Part shown: positions 54,781 to 64,000 of the stretch, in pieces | How positions within the stretch are numbered: the stretch's first letter is position 1 | Layout: each line of letters starts with the position of its first letter | Assembly (NCBI RefSeq): GCF_006345805.1 | Contig: NC_043005.1 | Location: forward strand, 53,010,001 to 53,074,000 | DNA: 64,000 nucleotides | Origin: Octopus sinensis | Taxonomy: Eukaryota | Reading direction: 5' to 3' | Made by a program: the position numbers and the translations under genes | Notes under the pieces: generated by a model | The model's database searches: none | Seen by the model: only the letters and a program-made list of their open reading frames with translations | What the model was told of the DNA's origin: nothing

Positions 54781-54933
54781 CCCTTGCAAACAGTAAAACT
54801 ATCTTCATTTCGCTAGGGTACTCATTAAAGTAGAAGACCTATGAACGTTTGCCACAGGGGACACCACTAAAGGCACTCAAGTATCAGGTATTGGGGTTAG
54901 ACGGGACAACTGATTGGGTCTCCCACCCACTTG

Positions 54934-54978
<45 letters not shown>

Positions 54979-54984
<6 letters not shown>

Positions 54985-55622
54985 GAAATATTAAAATTAC
55001 TAAGTCTCTCTAAAGGAGATTACGGCAGCGTTACTGGATATTAATAGTTATCGCCATACTAATATGGCAGTCTAAATATAAGACTAAAGCTGTCGCTGAT
55101 TAGCTCCAAGAGGCCATCGCATCTAGCTAGCTATATGACACACGAACCTGCGTCCATTAGAGCCTTCGAACAGGGGAGGTCAGCCGCTTCACCTTGCTAG
55201 TCAGACATCTGCAAACATGTTTCAGGGTTGTTGCCATATTAGTATGGCGATAACTATTAATATCCAGTAACGCTGCCGTAATCTCCTTTAGAGAGACTTA
55301 GTAATTTTAATATTTCTATTATTGAAAACAAGTGGATGTATTCCACTGTAACTAGGTAAATAAAATCTTCGAACAGACGGTCAGTAGCGACACCTGCTGG
55401 TTCTGACTACGCTGCATTGATAAAGGGCAACAACCCTGAAACATGTCTGCAGATGTCTGACTAGCAAGGTGAAGCGGCTGACCTCCCCTGTTCGAAGGTT
55501 GTAATCGACGCAGGTTCGTGTGTCATGTAGCTAGCTAGAGGCGATGGCCTCTTGGAGCTAATCAGCGACAGCTTTAGTCTTATATTTAGACTGCCATATT
55601 AGTATGGCGATAACTATTAATA
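54979..55622 (+). mobile_element. Non-coding hammerhead-bearing retroelement (retrozyme / non-autonomous Penelope-like): inverted partial copy + 360-nt unit + partial tandem repeat
   Basis: tgccatattagtatggcgataactattaatat recurs at 55232 and 55592 (period 360). 54979-55235 is an inverted, circularly permuted copy of the unit. Flanked by (TA)n. Confidence 0.75.
55412..55452 (+). ncRNA. Type I hammerhead ribozyme, minimal, U3-A8 core variant
   Basis: Stem I CUGCA/UGCAG; core UUGAUAA; stem II AGGG-caacaa-CCCU; GAAA; palindromic stem III ACAUGU; cleavage triplet GUC (C at 55447). Confidence 0.8.
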
Positions 55623-55941
55623 TATATATATACTTACATACATACATACATATGTAAATAAATGGAGTTTAACGCAGGTATAAATCAAATACTTTTACTT
55701 TCGACACATGTTAACAAGGCCAAAATACACTCATCTATTTATATATATATATATATAAATTAGAAAAAAAAACCACCTTTCATCAATTCAATAATGAAAA
55801 ATTAAATTATACCATTTTGAAAAATTACATCTTATAGAAAGATTAAATATAAGATAAAACATATAACAATGATTAAGTAATGTACAAAATAATAAATAAA
55901 ACGTATATATTTGGTAGAATATAATAATAATAATAATTATA

Positions 55942-56021
<80 letters not shown>

Positions 56022-56477
56022 AAGGCCATACTTGCGAAGGCTTTTGAAAAATAACGCAAAAATCATTGTTTGTGTTCGAATGTATACTTAATTGAAATGT
56101 CAGCTAGAGATATGCATTTTAAAAATCATATTTAAAATGTAAAAGCCCTGCAGCATTTGTAAAATAGCTTGCTGTTGTTTCAATAGATATTTGTTTGAAA
56201 ATAATGAATGGTCTTAAAAAAAATTATATTTAAGCATTATACTTCATTACTTTAAAACTTTCGTGAAGATATTTTATCAAGAATCCTTTGTGTGTTTGTG
56301 TGTATGTATGCGTGTATGTGTGTGAGTACGTGTATGTGATTTTTGTTATGAAGAAAAAGTAGATATAAAAACTGCCTAGTTGATTAGGAAGGAATATTTT
56401 TTTCATAGTGTTTCATTCTATTTCAATTATGCACACACAAACGCACACACACATACTTACATTTAAACAAAACCAAG

Positions 56478-56875
56478 GATCCGGATAGAAGGCCCAACAC
56501 CTGTTGCAGAAATCGTTTTCCACACCATTAAACCCTCACCTATAAACTGCACTGATTTTTTTCACGCACTTAGGGAGCAATTTTTCACCTGTGAGGCATA
56601 TCATGTACTGTCTAGCATCAGAACCAACCAAACTGAACTAGCTTTCGTCACTGAAAAATACATGCGAACAGTTGTCGTTCATCCAAAGTACATGCTCGTT
56701 GGTAAAGACTAACCTCGGTTTTCGATTCTTCATATTGTTGAAAGGTTTAATGGCGACGGAACGGATACGAAGTCCGACTTCCTTCAAACGACGAGTCACA
56801 GTCTTCCGAGATGCCTTCATCGCGTTATCCATATTTTTTTGGCGAGAAGTTTCTGCAGCAGTATCGAAACGGTCT
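56478..56875 (-). pseudogene. Tc1-like transposase fragment
   Basis: SRKTVTRRLKEVGL...KP...R..F..EH..W.....VFFSDES, then GLMVW..IS..GVGP, with stops. Confidence 0.8.
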
Positions 56876-57213
56876 CTCTCCCTATATATATGTATATACA
56901 TTTGTGTATGTGTGTGTGTGTGTGTTTGTGCGTGTGCGCTCACGTAAATGTATTTATGTATATATATGTATAAATAAGTTCATGGTTTGCTTTTCAGTAT
57001 TTACCATTAAAGAGGAAAGAATCACTTTTAGGCTAAAGTAAGTTAAGTTGAAAAACATGCATAGAGAGGACGAAATAGTTTTAACATTATTCAACTTATA
57101 TATATATAATATATACAGTAAATCCATAAAAGAACAAACACAATAAAACAACAATGCGAGGAAGCGGTACATATAATGTATTAGCAGATGCTCAGGAAAA
57201 TAAAGAAAGGTGG

Positions 57214-57247
57214 TTTAGCGTTTCGAGCAGATGCTCTTCTTCGGAAA
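57214..57247 (-). ncRNA. Degenerate minimal hammerhead (related Penelope-like tail)
   Basis: Minus strand UUU-CCGAAGA-A-GAGC-aucu-GCUC-GAAAC-GC-U-AAA. U16.1 is mutated, so probably inactive. Confidence 0.4.
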
Positions 57248-58092
57248 TAGAGGAATGTCCAATAGAAGGGAAGACGGAAGAAGAAAATCGCCAACGATTC
57301 ACATGTGGTTACAATTTGAAATGACCGTATGTATCTTATTATCAGAGATTAATTTTTCTCTATTTTGGTTGTAACATAACGCAGATTTTCGAATAACATT
57401 ATGGTTAATATTATTTTCACCGAGACCCTTCATCTTTATTCATTAGCCACTATTTTCTGCTGTCATTTTCCATCTCCCTTCTTCCATCTTTCCCTCTCTT
57501 GTTTAATCTCTCTCTCTCTCCCTCTCACTTTTCTTTTGGTTCCTCATTGCTTTGTCTGTTTCCTCTTCCTGTATTCTCCGCAATTTCTTCTCTTATAGAA
57601 TGCCCTTTTCATTTCCCATAATTCTACTTACAACGCTTGCTTGATTTTGTTTTTAACAGCTACGCTTTAAATCACTTCATTTTTCACTGCTCCCCAGACA
57701 CTCTTCTTTACACCGTGTTCAAGTAATGTCCGAAATTACTTATTTTACTCACAATATTACACCTCTACGACACTGTCCTTGCTTGTCTCTTTTGTTTTAT
57801 CCCAGTCGAAATTCACTGTTTAGCATCCTTTTTTATTTTGTCATTTGTCAGGGTTATATCAGCCGAAAATATCTTGTATTTTCCGTATGTTAATATTGTT
57901 ATGTCGAAGCTCCTAATATTTGATTGCATATATTAATCTATTATATATGTATGTATGTATATATGTATGTATGTATGTTTGTATGTATGTATGTATGTAT
58001 GTATGTATGTATGTATGTATGTATGCATGCATGTATGTATGCATATATATATGCATGTATGTATGCATGTATGGTTGTATGTATGAATGTAA

Positions 58093-58126
<34 letters not shown>

Positions 58127-58127
58127 T

Positions 58128-58446
<319 letters not shown>

Positions 58447-58511
58447 TATAGAGAAATATATATATTCATACATTATATCTGTAAAATTAATATGTGACAA
58501 TTATTCGGCCA

Positions 58512-58567
58512 GATAACTGAAGAGGTGGCGGCGTGGGTTTCCGTCCCACGAAACTCGGAGTTTTATC
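58512..58567 (+). ncRNA. Type I hammerhead ribozyme with canonical core on a long rod stem (58476-58607)
   Basis: Stem I GAUAA/UUAUC; CUGAAGA; stem II GUGG(C)GGCG...CGUC-CCAC; GAAA; stem III ACUC-G-GAGU; triplet GUU (58562). Stem I extends ~35 bp. Confidence 0.82.
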
Positions 58568-58681
58568 ATGGCTACCGAATAATTGTAACGTATTAATTTT
58601 ACAGATAAATTCCTCTATTTACATAATATCGAGGTCTCTTTCATTCTTTTGGTGTCTTACCATTTCTATCAATATTTATAC

Positions 58682-58734
<53 letters not shown>

Positions 58735-58897
58735 GTTCTCCTATAGTTATCGCCTCAATGTCCATTTTTTTTACAGTTAAAGTCTTGTGTCATGACACAT
58801 TTCCCTGGTAGAAAATTTGTTTACATGTACAGGAAAGTTGAAAGCTATTAAAGCTGTTGTTAAAATGTTCCAAAATCGGAGCAAAATGCGCGCACGC

Positions 58898-58938
<41 letters not shown>

Positions 58939-59149
58939 ACACACACACACAAGCACACATACATATAAATATTACGAACAAGTCGATGCTTCACTCCATT
59001 TCTACTCTGTGTTTTAAATAAGATTACACACACCACATGCACACACGTACTTAGACATGTACACGAGCACACGTAAACACATACATACACACGCATAAAC
59101 ACAAACACACAAACATTCCCACACACACATGGGCTCTCAGAGGAGTGAA

Positions 59150-59715
59150 GGCAAAGCTAACGTTAAGCTTGCAGTAATTGTTCCAGTAATTTACCACTGT
59201 AGATTAGGGGAACTGATGCAGGACCAGGAATGAAGCCTTGCAGTATCTGTATTTTCTCTTTGTGTCTTGAGAGTAGCGTCTTCGAAGAGTAACGTCTGCA
59301 ATGTTGTTCGTCCCAAGTCGGTTACTTTTCACTTGGATAAACATCAAGGGGAAGTGTTGTATAAACTTGGTCAACCCAAACGTTTATGTGCATTGTCATG
59401 GCCCACCTTCACCAATGGTGTTTCTGTGAGTTATGAGATTTGGCTTATGGTTATTTTTAATCTCTTAAATATGATAAGAGCATCGAGTTCCTCTTTCGTG
59501 CACGTTAAGGTATCACTCTTTGGGTCAGTGAACGGCATTTTCGCAACACAATACGGGTTCTTCAGAAGCTATTCACGAGCATTTTGCTTTCCATTCTCGA
59601 CTCATATCAGCGAATATTTCGTTGAACAATGCATTTCCTTTTTAAATCCTCGTACATCAACGAGTGGTCAGATCTTTCATCTTCCTCCGCACATTTCCAT
59701 TGTTTTCTTGAGCAG
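59150..59715 (-). mobile_element. Hero/NeSL-like LINE fragment
   Basis: Minus strand WKCAEEDER..YEDLK..., LKNPYCVAKMPFTDPKSDTLTCTKEELDA, resembling the pre-RT region of Hero-type elements (from recall). Confidence 0.5.
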
Positions 59716-60784
59716 AAACTAAACCTAACACTAACCTAATATTAAACCTGGTCCCAACCACTAACCGTAAGTCCTAACCCATAACCCTAAACTATCACAA
59801 AAACAGAGTGTTACTATCTTCAGTCACCTCATTCTGTTTATCTCTATTTCTAGACGTCTGTATTTGAATAATTGGCCAATTAATTGCAAAATTTGATTAT
59901 AATTGTAAATATTATGATTGTAAAATGTGATCACTCTGAATAAAATAAGATATTCTGATATTAAATATCAGATCGATTCTTTGTGTGGGACATGTTTAAG
60001 CCCGGAATTATGGGTTAAAACAAGATTCTAATGAAAATAAACACCACCATTCTTCACCTGCTTTATTTGAAAGAAACAAGAGAAAGAGTATAGAAGAAAT
60101 TTCTGTTGGAAGTAAAAATGCAGCAAATTTCTCAAACGAGATGAATGTAAAAGTCTTCACTTTTTCTTTTATTTCCCTACTGTCAACTTTATGCTGAAAA
60201 AGTACACTGTCCGAAACGTTAGCTACTCTAATCCTTATTGTGCTCTTACTGTCTTTTTACACATTCACACACACACACATTATTTAAATATATATATATA
60301 TACATCTCTATATGTACATATATGTATATTATATATATAAACTGAGAAAGTTAGAGGGAGAGATATAGATAGATTAATAGATAAATAGAGAGAAAGAGAG
60401 AGACACACACACAGAGGAAGAAAGAGAGGGATAAAGAGGAAAGAAGCAAATTTTTATATCGGATATTTTAAATGAATATAGTGTTCTTTCTTCGAATAGA
60501 CAATTTTTCGCTCTAATTTAATGAAGGCTTGCGAAAAACGGGTTTGTTCATAGGAGGTATTATCAATACAGCTGAAGTGAAATAGATCCAAGCTGGAATT
60601 GAAATCGCAGTGCATTGATAAACAACGCTGGCGATGGGGAATGATGGATTTTTGTTTATGAACATCATACTGCTTCAAATCAAATAAGCGCTCTTACCTG
60701 GATACGCGTGCACCGCACACATTTATACGCACAGAACATGCACACAGGTACACACTCTACACTCCACACACTACGACATATATC

Positions 60785-61175
60785 TTTTACCACTTACTTA
60801 TTTTAGTCACTAGACTGTGACCATGCTGGGGCACCGTCTGGAAGGGTTTTAATCGAATGAATCGCCTCCAGAGTTTATTTGTAAGCTTGGTACTCATTCT
60901 ACTGGTCTCCTTTGCCTAACAGCTGTGTATGGGGACGTAAACGAAACAGCACTGGTTGCCACGCGGCGGTGGTTGACAAAGGCAAACTCATACACACACA
61001 TACAAACACTGATACACACAGAAACACACACACACAGATACTCAGACACACAGACACACACACACACACACATATATGACAGGCTCCTTTCAGTTTCCAT
61101 CTAACAGACTCACTCACAAGGCTCTGGTCGGCCCATGGCTATAGTAAAATACACTTGCCTAAGATAACCACACAG
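60785..61175 (-). mobile_element. SINE family B, interrupted by a family C SINE (head remnant ~61560-61625)
   Basis: Tail and core match family B; accacacagta occurs on both sides of the inserted SINE. Confidence 0.75.
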
Positions 61176-61178
61176 TAT

Positions 61179-61562
61179 TGGAAGCACTCCGTCGGTTACG
61201 ACGATGAGGGTTCCGGTTGATCCGAATCAACGGAACAGCCTGCTCGTGAAATTAACGTGTAAGTGGCTGAGCACTCCACAGACACGTGTACCCTTAACGT
61301 AGTTCTCGGGGATATTCAGCGTGACACAGAGAGTGACAAGGCCGGCCCTTTGAAATACAGGTACAAGAGAAACAGGAAGAAAGAGTGAGAGAAAGTTGTG
61401 GTGAAAGAGTACAGCAGGGATCACCACCATCCCCCGCCGGAGCCTCGTGGAGCTTTAGGTGTTTTCGCTCAATAAACACTCACAACGCCCGGTCTGGGAA
61501 TCGAAACCGCGATCCTATGACCGCGAGTCCGCTGCCCTAATCACTGGGCCATTGCGCCTCCA
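61179..61562 (-). mobile_element. SINE family C, full length, young
   Basis: Intact tRNA-like head ggaggcgcaatggcccagtgattagggcagcggactcgcgg..ggtttcgattccc on minus; flanking direct repeat aaccacacagta (probable TSD). Confidence 0.88.
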
Positions 61563-62696
61563 CAACCACACAGTAGGACCGAACATAGAACCATATGGTT
61601 GGGAAATAAACTTCTTGCCACTGAGTCACTCATATATACATATATATATATATATATATACACACACACTCATACACTGACCATCATATATATCGTCATA
61701 TACACATTATCTTTCATTGATAGCCACATGCATTTGCACGGTGATGTAGTCAGCTATCGTGTAGAATCTTTACGAATTACATACATCATCATTTTCTGGT
61801 TCGAGTGTTGTGCGGTTGAGTTTGTATGTAATACTCCTGTGAGTTGCATGTTGCGGTGCCTGCAAATGTATTCAAGTCAAGTTTAGATATATTATTTTTG
61901 GTATCAACAGTTCGTCTTTATTTTAGTTTTGTTTGCCTGAAACTCCACTTTAGCTGGAAGCAAATAGCTAAGATTAAAAATGAAGATGGGAAAATTCTTT
62001 TAGCTTGTTTTCTAGATTTCTACAAATGTTCTAGTTATAACCTGATTATAGAATTTCATTATCTCTTGGATGAATGAGAAAAGCAATAACGAAACGAAAA
62101 CAAACAATACAATGCCAAAAAAAAAAAAACCCAATAGAAACAAAGCAACAACAAAAATAAAACACACCTGATATCGATGCAATGCTGAACAGGCAAACAG
62201 TTTTCTGTATAGCCTGTAGCAGTTTTGGTAGAAAATACTTAAGAAAAAAGAAAAAAAGAAAAAGAATGTAAGAAAGAAAAAGAATTGGTTTCAAGCTGTT
62301 AAGAAACTAAAGGTATTTATGTGGAATAAATAATATCTCTTTTGATATAAAGACTTCCAAAAATTTTCAAGCCAAATAGAAAAAAAAAAGTTAATATCAG
62401 AAAAATGAAACATAATAGAAATAAAATTAAATATAAAGAAAAATATAATACGGAAATTTTACTTAAAAGCAAATAACCATGCTTTCAAATTATCTTGATT
62501 TTGTATACAATATTCTTTCTATAGCTAACAATTCACGATCTTTATTAATCAGGTCTATTTCAGTGAGTGTAAATGTGTATGAAATATATATATATCCACT
62601 TCAATTTCTCCAGCACTGCCTCTCTCTCTCTCTCTGCGCGCACACTTTTACTTACTAATGCACGCGCATGTTATATATACTTTCTTTCTCCCTCGC

Positions 62697-62754
<58 letters not shown>

Positions 62755-62829
62755 TGTATGTATGTATGTATGTATGTATGTGTGTATGCTTACATACATG
62801 TAGACATACATATACACCGATACATATGT

Positions 62830-63165
62830 GTGGTTACTCTTTCAAGAATCGAACAAACTGCAAACAACTATGTATGCAAGCTGTGCCGTAATAATTTTGG
62901 CACCAAGAAGGGCTTGAAGATACATCTAGGAAAGACTTGTAGGAAGAGGACAGAACAGTGTGGATCATCTGATGCTAACCACCGCGTATCGACAAATGCT
63001 ACAGCAAATACCTCTTCCTAAGAGGAAACCACAGATTATGTGACTAATGCATCAGATAGTACTCATAAGAAACCAAAGGTTCTGTGGCCCGCTGCTACTG
63101 AAAAAAGAAAGGGATAAAAAGTTTGAAAGCAAGTTATGTAAGCAATGGTGTGCATAACATTAGGG
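62830..63165 (+). mobile_element. Hero/NeSL-like LINE 5' fragment with zinc finger
   Basis: YVCKLCRNNFGTKKGLKIHLGKTC then KKPKVLWPAATEK; broken by stops. Confidence 0.55.
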
Positions 63166-63179
63166 ACTTCAGTGGAACG

Positions 63180-63620
63180 GGCGCAGAGCCATCTGCCATT
63201 TCTCCAGTTCACTTTTTGATCCAGGACAAAGTTCTTCTCATCTGATAAGAACCAGAGTATGTCGGGTTCTTCGGGTTGCTTGAGTTTGTTCAGGAAGCGC
63301 TAGTATCGGATCACGAGGTTCTCCCGGGCCTTATCAGACATGTACTGCTCTCTTCTTATAACACAGGATTTGTACCTGATGTCTTCATGCACCACATGTC
63401 TAAGCGTTCACACCTACTTAGGGAGATGATTGGCAATGGCCATCATTGGCTTGCCGGGATTTTCATTAATAACACCTTTGATTTTCTGGACAAACTTGAC
63501 TTTTCTGACACTCTTTGTCCGCCGAGATCGCTCTTCTTTTATCTACGGAAGAAACAGTCTCGCTAGAGGCCAGTAGCTTTTTCTGATTTTGAACACAAAG
63601 AACCTGACAACATTTAAAAA
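63180..63620 (-). pseudogene. Tc1/mariner (maT/DD37D-like) transposase fragment
   Basis: Minus strand INENPGKPM..IA...VVHEDIRYKS...LNKLKQPEEPDILWFLSDEKNFVLDQKVNWRN.RWL, with stops. Confidence 0.7.
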
Positions 63621-63735
63621 GTTTATAAGCGCAGATCACTGGGGTGAGCAGCTAAAGTGGCAGCAACAGCAGGCATTTTCATCGTCTGCGTTAGATTCGA
63701 AGCTTCCCTGTTGGGACTGAACATAGAGAAGGTAT

Positions 63736-64000
63736 GGCGAGCTGGCAGAAACGTTAGCACGCCGGGCGAAGTGCTTAGCTGTATTTCGTCTGTCTTTAGT
63801 CCTTTGTGGGTAGTAAAGAAATAGGTATTTTGTCTCTCTTTACGTTCTGAGTTCAAATTCCGCCGAGGTCAACTTCGCCTTTCATCCCTTCGGGGTCGAT
63901 AAATTAAGTACAAGTTACGCACTGGGGTCGATGTACTCGACTTAATCCGTTTGTCTGTCCTTGTTTGTCCTCTCTGTGTTTAGCCCCTTGTGGGTAGTAA
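63736..64000 (+). mobile_element. SINE family A (runs off window)
   Basis: ggcgagctggcagaaacgttagcacgccgggcgaa head, an internally deleted first unit, then a full body. Confidence 0.88.

Noticed and set aside
59718-59792. Telomere-like (TAACC/TAACCC) run
   Set aside because: Short and degenerate; more likely a TE subterminal repeat than an interstitial telomere.
60193-60225. ctgaaaa...ccgaaacgtt hammerhead-like motif
   Set aside because: G8 is lost and stems I and II barely pair; at best a decayed Penelope tail.

Overview
Eukaryotic, AT-rich, microsatellite-saturated non-coding DNA. The SINE families and repeat landscape look like an octopus (coleoid cephalopod) genome; this is inferred from recall, not from a search. 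I cannot support any host-gene exon, and almost all ORFs in the track are translations of (TA)n, (CA)n, (TATG)n, (TATC)n or (AAT)n. The only intact coding sequence is a DD34D mariner transposase inside a full-length 1293-bp element (43981-45273). Also present: three or more tRNA-derived SINE families, fossil LINEs (R4/Dong-like, CR1-like, Hero/NeSL-like), fossil DNA transposases (hAT, Tc1, maT-like), Helitron-like non-autonomous elements, MITEs, and several tandem duplications, some probably assembly artefacts. The most striking signal is a set of mostly unrelated short non-coding elements, usually in (TA)n tracts, each folding by eye into a type I hammerhead ribozyme. The best ones are at 7187, 41730 (minus), 55412 and 58512; minimal or degenerate ones are at 3729, 23674, 32675, 43609 and 57214. 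Two (6946 and 54979) have Penelope-style inverted-copy architecture and two (55412, 58512) sit on long rod-like stems, so this looks like a diverse retrozyme / non-autonomous Penelope system. All folds were read manually and none has been computed or tested. Repeat boundaries are approximate unless stated.
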